64,000 nucleotides of DNA, taken from contig JAIOOX010000002.1 of the NCBI GenBank assembly GCA_021414225.1, positions 25,113 to 89,112 of the forward strand. The letters are read 5' to 3'. The stretch comes from Candidatus Vogelbacteria bacterium. Its GTDB lineage: Bacteria > Patescibacteriota > Minisyncoccia > Phycocordibacterales > XYD1-FULL-46-19. Below, one piece after another: positions 46,715 through 56,295 of the stretch. The notes beneath the pieces were generated by a model, which saw only the letters and a list, made by a program, of their open reading frames with translations, had not been told where the DNA came from and did not search any database. Position numbers and translations under genes: made by a program. Numbering within the stretch: the stretch's first letter is position 1; every line of letters starts with the position of its first letter.

Positions 46715-49183
46715 ATGGCTGAAAAGAACAAAAAACCAATTGAAACTAGTGAGGTTAACGAGATTAATAAAACAGTCCCGGTTAACATTGTGACTGAGAT
46801 GCGAGAATCTTACTTAGATTACTCGATGTCAGTGATCGTGGCTCGAGCCTTGCCAGATGTCCGTGATGGCCTCAAACCAGTTCACCGTCGCATTCTTTTC
46901 TCTATGCACGAACTAGGCTTAACTGCTTCAGCTAAATTCCGTAAGTCAGCGACTATTGTCGGTGATGTGTTAGGTAAATATCACCCGCACGGTGACGTGG
47001 CTTGTTATGACGCTTTGACCCGTATGGCTCAAGAGTTTTCGACTCGTTACCCACTTATTTTTGGTCAAGGTAACTTTGGATCAATTGATGGTGACTCACC
47101 AGCGGCTTATCGTTATACCGAAGCAAAAATGTCTCGGATTGCTGGTGAGTTGTTGCGTGATATCGAAAAAGAAACTGTTGATTATATTCCTAACTACGAT
47201 GGTAGTCGCCGGGAGCCGGTGATTTTGCCGTCAGTGTTACCAAACTTACTTTTGAATGGAACTTTAGGTATTGCGGTTGGTATGGCGACCAAAATTCCAC
47301 CTCACAATGCTGGGGAGCTTTTGAACGCTCTGATCCACATGATGGATAACAAGGACGTAACGACAGAGGACTTGTTGCAATTTGTAACTGGACCAGATTT
47401 TCCAACTGGCGGTTTAGTTTTTAATACAGCTGATATTCGCCATGCCTATGCTACTGGTAGAGGGGGAGTCTTGACTCGTGGTGAAGCGGAGATTGTGGAA
47501 CAAAAAGCCGGTAATCATCAGATTATTGTTACTTCGATTCCTTATCAGGTAAACAAGTCTGATCTGATTGTGAAGATTGCTGACTTGGTCCGTGATAAAA
47601 AAATTGAAGGGATTCGTGATATCCGTGATGAATCAACGAAAGATATTCGAGTGGTGATTGACCTTAAAACCGGGGCTCATCCTCAGAAAGTTTTAAATGG
47701 TCTCTACAAACATACCGACCTGGAAGCCATGTTCCACTTCAATATGTTGGCTATTGTGGATGGGGTGCCGAAATTGTTGTCACTCAAATCTATTTTGGAA
47801 GAGTTTATTGCTCATCGTAAGGTGGTAGTAACTCGCCGCACTCAATACGATTTACGCAAAGCAGAGGAGCGGGCTCACATCTTAGAAGGTTTGAAAAAAG
47901 CTCTTGATCACATTGATGAAATCATCAAGTTGATCAAAAAATCCAAGGATACTGGCGAGGCTCATACCAATTTGGTTAAGCAGTTTAAATTGTCTGACAT
48001 TCAGGCGACTGCTATTTTGGAAATGCGGTTACAAAAACTAGCTGGTCTAGAACGTCAGAAAATTGAAGATGAGTTGAAAGAAAAATTAGCTTTGATTGCA
48101 GAGCTTAAATCAATTTTGGCTGATGTGAAGAAGATGATCAAAATTATTCGCACTGAATTTGCTGAATTGAAAGAAAAATATAGTGACGATCGTCGAACTA
48201 AGGTGATTTCTTCTGGTGCTAAAGAAATTAACGTCGAAGATCTAATTCCTGAAAAAGAAAACATGTTGGTTTTGACAGCGGGTGGTTATATCAAACGAAC
48301 TGATCCGACCGAGTATCGTTCTCAAAAGAGGGGTGGGGTTGGAGTGGTTGATTTAAACGTGAAAGAAGAAGATTTTGTCACTAACCTGCTAACCGCAAAC
48401 ACTCATAGTGATCTACTATTCTTTACTGATTCCGGTAAGGCTTATCAACTCAAAATGTATGAAATTCCAGAAGGTAAACGGGCGACTCGGGGTAAATCGA
48501 TCATGAACTTTATTTCTTTGTCAGCTGAAGAAAAAGTGACTTCCATTTTAGCTTTCCCGAAGGCCCTCAAAGACACCAAATTGTCACTTATGATGGTAAC
48601 TAAACAAGGCGTGGCTAAACGAGTTTCAGCCGAGAGCTTTAAAGATGTTCGTCGCAGCGGTATTATTGCGATCAAATTAAGTGATGGAGATGAGTTGTTA
48701 TCTGTTTGCCCGGTGGATAAGGGTGATAGTGTAATTTTGACATCTAAACTTGGTCAATCTATTCGTTTTAAAGAAGCTGATATTCGGGAAATGGGTCGCG
48801 GGGCCGCTGGAGTGCGAGCTATGAAGCTTGGCAAAGCTGACGTTATTGTCGGAGCTGATACGGTCAAAAAAGAGGCAACTGATGCTGAGCTGCTCGTGAT
48901 GGGTCGTAATGGTTTTGGTAAAAAAACCCCAATCAAAGATTACAAAATTCAAAAACGTGGCGGTTCAGGTATTAAGACGATTAAATTAACCAGCAAAACT
49001 GGAGAGTTGATCTCTAGTCGAGTACTAACTGGCGAAGAATCAGAAGTGGTGGCTATTTCTAAGCTGGGTCAAATCATTCGCACTGGCTTAGATGAGATTC
49101 CTAGTCTCGGCCGACAGACTCAAGGAGTCAGAATTATGAAGTTGCGAGCCGATGATAGTTTGGCATCCATAACTTGTTTGTAA
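46715..49183 (+). CDS. gyrA: DNA gyrase subunit A
   Basis: [29 protein letters not shown], GyrA box QKRGGVG. Confidence 0.98.
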   Translation: MAEKNKKPIETSEVNEINKTVPVNIVTEMRESYLDYSMSVIVARALPDVRDGLKPVHRRILFSMHELGLTASAKFRKSATIVGDVLGKYHPHGDVACYDALTRMAQEFSTRYPLIFGQGNFGSIDGDSPAAYRYTEAKMSRIAGELLRDIEKETVDYIPNYDGSRREPVILPSVLPNLLLNGTLGIAVGMATKIPPHNAGELLNALIHMMDNKDVTTEDLLQFVTGPDFPTGGLVFNTADIRHAYATGRGGVLTRGEAEIVEQKAGNHQIIVTSIPYQVNKSDLIVKIADLVRDKKIEGIRDIRDESTKDIRVVIDLKTGAHPQKVLNGLYKHTDLEAMFHFNMLAIVDGVPKLLSLKSILEEFIAHRKVVVTRRTQYDLRKAEERAHILEGLKKALDHIDEIIKLIKKSKDTGEAHTNLVKQFKLSDIQATAILEMRLQKLAGLERQKIEDELKEKLALIAELKSILADVKKMIKIIRTEFAELKEKYSDDRRTKVISSGAKEINVEDLIPEKENMLVLTAGGYIKRTDPTEYRSQKRGGVGVVDLNVKEEDFVTNLLTANTHSDLLFFTDSGKAYQLKMYEIPEGKRATRGKSIMNFISLSAEEKVTSILAFPKALKDTKLSLMMVTKQGVAKRVSAESFKDVRRSGIIAIKLSDGDELLSVCPVDKGDSVILTSKLGQSIRFKEADIREMGRGAAGVRAMKLGKADVIVGADTVKKEATDAELLVMGRNGFGKKTPIKDYKIQKRGGSGIKTIKLTSKTGELISSRVLTGEESEVVAISKLGQIIRTGLDEIPSLGRQTQGVRIMKLRADDSLASITCL

Positions 49184-49197
49184 TATAATAAGAGGGT

Positions 49198-49725
49198 ATG
49201 GCATTTGCTAATCCTCAAGAATTTGTTAAACAGCTAGATCTTAGTCCTCGTTCAACGGTGGCTGATTTTGGAGCTGGTTCTGGGGCCTGGACTTTGGCGC
49301 TCTCCAAATATTTAACCGGGGGAACCGTCTATGCGATTGATATCCAAAAAGAATTGTTGGGTAGTTTGCAAACTGAAGCCACAAAAGCTGGTCTAGCCAA
49401 TATTCATTACTTGCAGGGTGATCTAGAGAGTCGCGGTGGTAGTAAGTTAGCTGATGAGGAAGTCGATGTGGTTTTAATTGCGAATATTTTATTTCAAAGT
49501 AAGTTGAAATATTCGATCGCTTTAGAGGCTAAGAGAATTCTAAAACGCACCGGTCAGGTGGTGGTGATTGAGTGGAAGGAATCTTTTGGTGGTATCGGAC
49601 CAAAAGCGGAAGACGTTGTCTCAGCTAAAGAAATTCAGGAGGTGTTTGGTCAAGCTGGTTTCGTGGAGCAATCAACAATTGATGTTAGTGATCAACATTA
49701 TGCTATGATATTTGTGAAGGGCTAA
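49198..49725 (+). CDS. class I SAM-dependent methyltransferase
   Basis: VADFGAGSG, VYAIDIQ. Confidence 0.88.
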   Translation: MAFANPQEFVKQLDLSPRSTVADFGAGSGAWTLALSKYLTGGTVYAIDIQKELLGSLQTEATKAGLANIHYLQGDLESRGGSKLADEEVDVVLIANILFQSKLKYSIALEAKRILKRTGQVVVIEWKESFGGIGPKAEDVVSAKEIQEVFGQAGFVEQSTIDVSDQHYAMIFVKG

Positions 49726-49733
49726 TTTTTTTT

Positions 49734-51035
49734 ATGAAGAAAATCAATATTTTTCAGATAGTTCTACTTTTCATCTTTGGGTTTGGTTTGGTCATTGGGG
49801 TGTTAATCTTTTCGGGTATATTACCTGGTTTTAAAAAGACAACCACTGTCAGTCAAAAGTCAGTGGTCATGTGGGGGGATATAGCAGTCAGTAAAGCATC
49901 TAATTTTATAGCTGAACTTAATCGAGCAAACAAAGATTCTTTTTTTGTCAGTTATGTTTATAAGGACCCTAGTACTTATGAGACTGAGTTAATCAATGCA
50001 CTAGCTCACGGTAAGGGTCCGGATTTAATTCTTCTTCATGACAGATCAATTGTTAAGTTAGAAAAATTGATCGAGCCACTACCTTATACTTCTTTACGGG
50101 TAACTGATTTTAAGAATACTTTTATTGATGGAGCTAGTGTTTTCTTGACCTCGGTTGGCACTTTAGCTATTCCTATCAGTGTTGATCCGTTGGTGATGTA
50201 TTACAACAAAGATCTTTATATTAAAGCTAATATTTTTCAACCGCCTCAAAATTGGTCTGGTTTCCAAAACAATCATAAGGTTTTAAACTCGGTTAGTGAC
50301 CAGGGGATCATCTCTCAAAGCGGGGTAGCTTTAGGTAATTTCCCTAACATAAAAAACGCAAAAGAAATTTTACTGACTTTATTGATGCAGGCTGGTGCCC
50401 CTTTGGTTGTTAGAACACCTAATAATAATTACCAAGTGTCATTGGGTGATATTTCTGGCAATAGTAATAGTATTTACTCAGCTTTAGATTTCTTTACCAG
50501 ATTTGCTACTCCAGGCCGAGCGGAATATTCTTGGAATAATTCATTTCCAGAAGCAGCTACCACCTTCACTAATGGCTTTACAGCTAATTATTTTGGTTTC
50601 GCTAGTGAAATCCAAACCCTGCGAGCTCTCAATCCTAATTTAAACTTAGCGATCACTTCTTTACCTCAAATAGACGAGGCTCCTCGACCTTTGACGTATG
50701 GTCGTTTGGATGGAGTGGCGGTTTTGAAAAGCTCCAAAAATAAATCAGTGGCTTTTTCAGTAGCTATAGCGATGTTTGATCGAGAAAATAGTGCTAAATT
50801 ATCTGAGGCTTTATCATTAGCCTCTCCTCGCAAAGATTTATTGGTGCGTATTTCCAATGATGAATTTAAAGATCTCTTTAATCACTCAGCTTTGATTTCT
50901 AGTTCGTGGCTGGATCCAAATCCTGATGCTTCCAAAAAGGTATTTCAATCCAGCGCTAACGCTGTCACGATTGGTATTAATGGACCAGAAAAATCTATGT
51001 CTCAAATGTTCGAACAATTAAAAAATTTATTTTAA
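49734..51035 (+). CDS. extracellular solute-binding protein (sugar-binding family 1-like)
   Basis: N-terminal TM, GKGPDLI, AIPISVDPLVMYYNKDL. Confidence 0.85.
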   Translation: MKKINIFQIVLLFIFGFGLVIGVLIFSGILPGFKKTTTVSQKSVVMWGDIAVSKASNFIAELNRANKDSFFVSYVYKDPSTYETELINALAHGKGPDLILLHDRSIVKLEKLIEPLPYTSLRVTDFKNTFIDGASVFLTSVGTLAIPISVDPLVMYYNKDLYIKANIFQPPQNWSGFQNNHKVLNSVSDQGIISQSGVALGNFPNIKNAKEILLTLLMQAGAPLVVRTPNNNYQVSLGDISGNSNSIYSALDFFTRFATPGRAEYSWNNSFPEAATTFTNGFTANYFGFASEIQTLRALNPNLNLAITSLPQIDEAPRPLTYGRLDGVAVLKSSKNKSVAFSVAIAMFDRENSAKLSEALSLASPRKDLLVRISNDEFKDLFNHSALISSSWLDPNPDASKKVFQSSANAVTIGINGPEKSMSQMFEQLKNLF

Positions 51036-51041
51036 TTAACA

Positions 51042-51518
51042 ATGAATATAAATAAATTATCTTCAGGATTAATTATTTTATCTCTAGTTTTTGTTGGGCT
51101 ATTTTTTATTGCGCCGGTGGTTGATGCTCAAGTGGTTAGCAAGTTGGTTCCTTGTGGTGACGCTGGACGACCAGACTGCACTTTTAAAGATTTAGCTCTT
51201 TTGATCACGGCGGTGATTAAGTTTCTGATTTTTCAAGTAGGAATATTGGTAGCCACCATTGTGATTATTTGGGGTGGGGTGCTTTATGTTTTGTATCCTT
51301 ATAAACCAGGTTACAAAGATACTGCCAAAAAAATGATTACTGGTTCGATCGTGGGCCTACTTATTATGATGGGAGCGTATCTCATTGTTAAAACCCTGGT
51401 TACTAGTGTGGTCGGCCCTTCGGCTGATGACGCTAATCCAGCTGATAAGGCGGATTTGATTGAGGCGGTTAATAATACTTTTCAAGATTTACCAAATACT
51501 TCCCAGTCACCAAACTAG
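51042..51518 (+). CDS. TrbC/VirB2-like pilin 1
   Basis: Signal peptide, LVPC..DCTF, two hydrophobic helices around AKKMITGSIVG. Confidence 0.7.
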   Translation: MNINKLSSGLIILSLVFVGLFFIAPVVDAQVVSKLVPCGDAGRPDCTFKDLALLITAVIKFLIFQVGILVATIVIIWGGVLYVLYPYKPGYKDTAKKMITGSIVGLLIMMGAYLIVKTLVTSVVGPSADDANPADKADLIEAVNNTFQDLPNTSQSPN

Positions 51519-51564
51519 TAAGTATCTTTTCCCTTTGAATATTTAATTTGTTATGATTACTGGT

Positions 51565-51954
51565 ATGAAAAAAATATGCAAATCACTTTATTTAAAAGGG
51601 TTGGGTATTTCGGTGTTTCTGGTGCCTTTATTGAGCTCGGCGACAACCGACGTTAACCCTGGTGGAGGGGACTCTTTTTCGCTGCAGATTGTTAACCCTC
51701 TCAGTGTTGGTAGTTTAGAGGGGCTGCTCGATTTATTACTGAAAATTTTATTACAGATTGGTATACCGGTGGTCACTTTTATGATCATTTGGTCTGGTTT
51801 CTTATTTATTAAAGCTCAAGGTAAAGAGGGTGAAGTGACCAAAGCCAAAGAAAATTTACAATGGGTCCTAATCGGGACAGCAATTGTGTTGGGGGTTGGT
51901 TCAATCTTAGCTATTATCAAAACAACTGTCGCTGCCTTGGGTGGTGGTGTTTAA
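51565..51954 (+). CDS. TrbC/VirB2-like pilin 2
   Basis: IVNPL, IIWSGFLFIKAQG..KAKENLQWVLIG; start placed at ATG 51565. Confidence 0.75.
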   Translation: MKKICKSLYLKGLGISVFLVPLLSSATTDVNPGGGDSFSLQIVNPLSVGSLEGLLDLLLKILLQIGIPVVTFMIIWSGFLFIKAQGKEGEVTKAKENLQWVLIGTAIVLGVGSILAIIKTTVAALGGGV

Positions 51955-51961
51955 TTAAATC

Positions 51962-52492
51962 ATGACATATTTAAAATCAAAGAAGTTTAGTTGCTTGAGT
52001 CTCGGTTTATTTTTAGTGGCTATCATCTTAGTTCCAACTTTAGCTTTAGCTCAACCTGGTGGTTTGCCTGGTGGAGCTGGTAACGGGTCGGGCGGGAACG
52101 GGGGTCCTTCAGGGGGGGATATTCCTGGTGGTGATGGTGGTTCTGGGACTATTCCGAATAATACCAACCAGGGCTGCGATCTATCAACGGCTACTTTTAA
52201 GACGCTGGTCGACTGTGTTCGTGATTCAATCGTGGTGCCTATTATTAACCTACTCTTGGCTTTGGCGGTCTTGGTCTTTTTTTGGGGCTTAGTCAAATAT
52301 CTATATAAAGGTGATAACGACGCTGAGCGGACCAAAGGTAAAAGTTTGATGGCTTTTGGGATCATTGGACTTTTTGTAATGGTAAGTGTTTGGGGGATAG
52401 TTGGTTTGTTAACTGGAACTTTTTTTGGGGCTAGTGGTCCAGCAGGTGTTAATCCACCGGTTCCTCAGTTGCCAGCTAGTATTACTCTATAA
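51962..52492 (+). CDS. TrbC/VirB2-like pilin 3 with Gly/Pro-rich linker
   Basis: LALAQ cleavage site, FFWGLVKY..KGKSLMAFGIIGLFVMVSVWGIV. Confidence 0.75.
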   Translation: MTYLKSKKFSCLSLGLFLVAIILVPTLALAQPGGLPGGAGNGSGGNGGPSGGDIPGGDGGSGTIPNNTNQGCDLSTATFKTLVDCVRDSIVVPIINLLLALAVLVFFWGLVKYLYKGDNDAERTKGKSLMAFGIIGLFVMVSVWGIVGLLTGTFFGASGPAGVNPPVPQLPASITL

Positions 52493-52552
52493 GGGTGGTA
52501 TAATGTTCTTATTATTAAATTGGGTCGTTTATTATTTTATTTTTTAAATTAT

Positions 52553-52933
52553 ATGAAGAAAGTTGTTGCAACAATTGGTTCTGGTTTAGCTTTGACGCCT
52601 TTCTTGGCTCTAGCTCAAAGTTTTGATCCGAATGGTTATATCGCAAGTATCATAACTTCCTTTAGTGGTTGGATTAATGTGCTTATCGGTATTTTGGTTA
52701 CCTTGGCCGTTTTGGTTTTTATTTGGGGTTTGATCACTTACTTGCTTAATGCTAGTAATGAAGAAAAGCGCTCAGATTCAAAGTGGTATATGATTTATGG
52801 TATAGTTATTTTGTTCGTTATGGTTAGTATTTGGGGTCTAGTAGGGCTTCTTCAAAATATTACTGGAGCGGAATCTAACGTAGACGCTGGTGGTATTGAT
52901 ATTCCAACAGTAACAGGTACAGATATTCAGTAG
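52553..52933 (+). CDS. TrbC/VirB2-like pilin 4
   Basis: PFLALAQ, FIWGLITY..MIYGIVILFVMVSIWGLV; start placed at ATG 52553. Confidence 0.75.
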   Translation: MKKVVATIGSGLALTPFLALAQSFDPNGYIASIITSFSGWINVLIGILVTLAVLVFIWGLITYLLNASNEEKRSDSKWYMIYGIVILFVMVSIWGLVGLLQNITGAESNVDAGGIDIPTVTGTDIQ

Positions 52934-52938
52934 CTAAC

Positions 52939-53175
52939 GTGGTTATCATTGAAAATCTTAAGAGTCAGATATTAAACCCCTTGATTGGTTTCTTGTTTGT
53001 GTTGGCCACCCTCTACTTTGTGTGGGGAGTGTTCCAATTTATTCAAAATGCTGATAGTGATACTGGCCGACAGCAAGGTCGCGACAGTATCTTGTGGGGA
53101 TTGTTTGGAATGTTCATCATGGTAGCCGTGTTTGGGATCATGTGGACTATTTGTAACACTGTTCAGTGTCAATAA
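52939..53175 (+). CDS. TrbC/VirB2-like pilin 5 (no signal peptide)
   Basis: ILNPLI..YFVWGVFQFI..GRDSILWGLFGMFIMVAVFGI. Confidence 0.7.
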   Translation: MVIIENLKSQILNPLIGFLFVLATLYFVWGVFQFIQNADSDTGRQQGRDSILWGLFGMFIMVAVFGIMWTICNTVQCQ

Positions 53176-53196
53176 ATCTTAAGTAAGGGAAATAAT

Positions 53197-53228
53197 AAAG
53201 CCGCCTCGCGTAAACGCTTGGCGGCTTT
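53197..53228. terminator. terminator between convergent units
   Basis: aaagccgcc ... ggcggcttt. Confidence 0.65.
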
Positions 53229-53260
53229 GTGGTTGGGAAACTCAAGGTGACAAATCGTCC

Positions 53261-54142
53261 CTACATCTTGTATAGGTAGACAGTCACCGTGGTTTCCTTA
53301 CCATTGGTTGATTGGAACTTCAGTGTTCCGAGGTTGTTGAGATTGATGCCGTGGTTGACACCTTTCTCGGCTTGAGGGTTATCGGTGTAGGGCGCGTCCA
53401 TATATGGCCTCACCCCGTTTCCCACGACCATGACCACGTCGTGGGGATTGAACGTGACCTTGTAGTGGCTAACCACAAGAGTCACTTCCAGGTCCTTCTC
53501 GCCGGTTTTGGCCTTCATCTTGCCTTCCCCGGCGCTCGCTGTTTCGCCAATAGTCTTGGACCAGCCGGTGGCTGGTACAGAGACAGTGAACTTGGCGATG
53601 TCGTGTGCTCCCTCCGGTAACGGGCCGATCCGTTTGGGGTCGACCTTGGTTCCAGGTAGGGTGGGGAGACTCAAGTTCTGGAAAACAACCTTAGGGTCTG
53701 TTTCACCTAACCCATTAGCATTAGCTAGTGGAGTCAGAATCAACAAGAGTAACCCAGTGGTCAAGGCCGCTTTCCAGAAGCGTGACCTTCCAATCCTGAC
53801 GGCGTCTTTCTCGTAGGAGAGAAAGTACGAACCGCCAGCCATGAGAAGGACTACCATTGCGATGATGGTGTAGCCCGTGTTGGTCACGAACCACAAGAAC
53901 CAGGCTGGGAACACCCACCAGGTGGCGAAGACCACCACAGTCCAGTAGGCGACCCAGGCACCAGTTAGGAATGGATCCCACTCTGGACCTTTCGGTTTAG
54001 GGGCTGTTACGGGAGTGCCACCAGCAGTGGTTGTCCTGGGAGTTGGGCCTCCTGTAGATTTCCACATTTTTCTGACATCATCCCAGTATCGGAAGAGGGC
54101 TACTAACCCGATTCCGAGTAAGGCGATTGCTACCGAACTCAT
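53261..54142 (-). CDS. hypothetical membrane protein (GC-rich)
   Basis: 293 aa, about four TMs plus a beta-rich C-terminal domain; ATGA overlap with the upstream gene. Confidence 0.75.
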   Translation of the reverse strand: MSSVAIALLGIGLVALFRYWDDVRKMWKSTGGPTPRTTTAGGTPVTAPKPKGPEWDPFLTGAWVAYWTVVVFATWWVFPAWFLWFVTNTGYTIIAMVVLLMAGGSYFLSYEKDAVRIGRSRFWKAALTTGLLLLILTPLANANGLGETDPKVVFQNLSLPTLPGTKVDPKRIGPLPEGAHDIAKFTVSVPATGWSKTIGETASAGEGKMKAKTGEKDLEVTLVVSHYKVTFNPHDVVMVVGNGVRPYMDAPYTDNPQAEKGVNHGINLNNLGTLKFQSTNGKETTVTVYLYKM

Positions 54143-55521
54143 GAAGTAGAACCTTTCTTTTTCCTCGCCGGCTTTTGAGTGGCTGGCGGAGTCGTAGGTT
54201 GAGTCTCCGGTTTTGTTTCAGAGACTTTTTTCAGGGTTTGGGCGATTTGGGTTGCTATCCCCGAGATACCCCCATCGCCGATAATGTGCACGGCATTGGG
54301 GTTGCTCAGGCCTGCCTTGGCCGCGTCAATGACAAGGGCCTCTTGGCCCGACACTCCCGTGGCGGTTTGGATTTTTTTGAGTCCAGCCGCCTCGGCAGTC
54401 ATCATTCGCAGGTGGTTGTTAGCGAGAGCTTCCCCTGCGCGTTGTGTTTCCACCCCTTTCCCAATAGACTCAGCGATTTTTTGGATCTCTGCGTTGAGGG
54501 AGTGACTGGTCAACACCTTGAAGTTTTTGACCTGAGTGAATCTCAAGCCAATCTCGTCTTCTATCAGTTTTCGCAGGGCGTTAACCGATAGTCTTTTGAT
54601 ATCTGGTCTGGTTGTGGTGGTCACCTCTTTGTAGTCTATCCTGTTCTCTGCGAGAGCTTCCAGGACATATCGGGTGACGTAGCGGCTGATAGCATCAACA
54701 TTACGTTGTGCGCGGGCCGCCGTGCCTACCTGGCAGACTGAGCGCATCCCACTTTCGATCAGGTCTCGGACGTAATTTGTGGCGTCCTCGATCGAGTCGA
54801 AAGCGATGTCAAACCGCAAGCCTTTGGTGATTTGCATTGTGTAGGACGCCGACACCTCCGCAATGACCCGGGTTTTAAGCGGGTCCTTGTATTGATCGGC
54901 TATCTCATCCTTAACTTGTCCCTTGTCTGGTTTTACCACCACTGCCGGGACGAAGTTGTATTTTTCCTCGGTGGCGGGATCTCCCAAAGTTGGAGTAATT
55001 GTCACCGTCTGACTCAGTATATCTTCTTCGTCGGCAGGATCAGCGGATTCAAACGGCACAAAAATTGGTTCTATCCAATAATCTGGTACCATCTTCCCAC
55101 TGGCATCCTTTTTCATCCCTTTTGGCTCAGAGGGTAGTGGTTGCGGATTTCCTTGGTCGTCCTTTCCCCTCCAGAGATCTTCTGGGTTGGCAGGTACTTC
55201 TCGGGTGATGATCGCTCTCGGGTAACGATTGACGGTTGTCAGTCCCCAAAATCCAGGGACGATACCAGCATCGATTGATCCGATGCGATAGCCCAGAAAT
55301 TGAAGGACCCCCACATCTTTCGCGCCGTCCACTTTGGTGTGAATGGTGCCGTAGAGACAGTAGGCAATCCACCAGATCAGTACGACGTTTCTCCAGTTGA
55401 TACTGGTGGACGTCTCATTTTGATTTTCCACCGGCAGGCCGTTAGGCATTGCCAAGTAGATGATCACAAAGATTGCTACCATAACCACGATGGACCATCC
55501 TGAATACTGACGGGTTGTCAT
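54139..55521 (-). CDS. divergent SPFH/band-7 domain membrane protein
   Basis: Two TMs then DVGVLQFLGYRIGSIDAGIVPGFWG, SPFH-like core and Ala/Glu helix (AEAAGLKKI); AGGAG SD. Confidence 0.6.
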   Translation of the reverse strand: MTTRQYSGWSIVVMVAIFVIIYLAMPNGLPVENQNETSTSINWRNVVLIWWIAYCLYGTIHTKVDGAKDVGVLQFLGYRIGSIDAGIVPGFWGLTTVNRYPRAIITREVPANPEDLWRGKDDQGNPQPLPSEPKGMKKDASGKMVPDYWIEPIFVPFESADPADEEDILSQTVTITPTLGDPATEEKYNFVPAVVVKPDKGQVKDEIADQYKDPLKTRVIAEVSASYTMQITKGLRFDIAFDSIEDATNYVRDLIESGMRSVCQVGTAARAQRNVDAISRYVTRYVLEALAENRIDYKEVTTTTRPDIKRLSVNALRKLIEDEIGLRFTQVKNFKVLTSHSLNAEIQKIAESIGKGVETQRAGEALANNHLRMMTAEAAGLKKIQTATGVSGQEALVIDAAKAGLSNPNAVHIIGDGGISGIATQIAQTLKKVSETKPETQPTTPPATQKPARKKKGSTS

Positions 55522-55652
55522 CTTCTTTTCTCCTGGTTTTTGCCCTTAAGCAAACACCTTTTTGTTTGTTTCCAATCAACTGTCAACGACCTTTCAATAT
55601 CTCTACAGCAGGGGATAATAGCCCCAACTGAGTATCTTTACTTCCACTCTCT

Positions 55653-55680
55653 ATTATATCAGGTTTTATGAAAAAGTCAA
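55653..55680 (-). promoter_or_regulatory. sigma70 promoter of the SPFH operon
   Basis: TTGACT, 16-nt spacer, TGaTATAAT. Confidence 0.65.
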
Positions 55681-55736
55681 GGGGTCTTAAATAACAAAAT
55701 ACCCCTGAGAATTAGGGGGATTTTACTACAAATCCA

Positions 55737-55913
55737 GGCGAGGGGAGACTCGCCCGCGACTAAATTTTTTGTCGACACAAAAAATTTGTCTGGGCACCAC
55801 CTCGGCCCCAAACTCTGCTGAGTCTGGACTGCGTGGCCTCCGGTGTTCGAGTCTCCCCTCGCCCCTACAAAATAAAAAGCCCCAAAGCTATCGCTTTGAG
55901 ACTTAATATTTTG
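55737..55913 (-). repeat. tRNA-mirror structured module A (after tRNA-Leu TAG)
   Basis: 18-nt inverted copy (55845-55862) and 15-nt direct copy (55738-55752) of the tRNA 3' end around a structured core. Confidence 0.85.
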
Positions 55914-55995
55914 TGAGCGAGGGGAGACTCGAACTCCCAACCCGTGAGGGACTAGTTCCTAAGACTAGCGCGTATACCAATTCCGCCACTCGCCC
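55914..55995 (-). tRNA. tRNA-Leu(TAG)
   Basis: ctagt-ctTAGga-actag, variable arm, TTCGAGT. Confidence 0.95.
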
Positions 55996-56005
55996 GATGT
56001 TTTGT

Positions 56006-56163
56006 TGTGAGAAATTCGGTCACAAATAATTTTGCTGTGCAAAATTTTCGCGACCCCGCCTCGGTCACAGTCTTCGACTGGCTTTGCGACCTGTGGCTTT
56101 CGAATCCCTCACAGGGACTACCAAACAATATTCATTCAATATTTTATATTGAATTCATTTGTT
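56006..56163 (-). repeat. tRNA-mirror structured module B (after tRNA-Lys CTT)
   Basis: 18-nt inverted copy (56099-56116) and degenerate direct copy (56006-56018) of the tRNA 3' end. Confidence 0.8.
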
Positions 56164-56239
56164 TGGTGCCCTGTGAGGGATTCGAACCCCCGACCATCTC
56201 CTTAAGAGGGAGTTGCTCTACCAACTGAGCTAACAGGGC
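56164..56239 (-). tRNA. tRNA-Lys(CTT), CCA encoded
   Basis: ctcc-ctCTTaa-ggag, canonical D and T arms, ends ACCA. Confidence 0.93.
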
Positions 56240-56295
56240 AATTGTAGGATTATAGTTTATTTGAGGGGGAAATTCAATTTTATAACCAAGTAAGT

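Noticed and set aside
52931-52941. Stop-codon readthrough joining pilin 4 and pilin 5
   Set aside because: The two ORFs are in different frames.
53312-55503. Many overlapping plus-strand ORFs in the GC-rich module
   Set aside because: Expected antisense shadows at higher GC; the minus-strand genes have the SD, the promoter and coupled start/stop codons.
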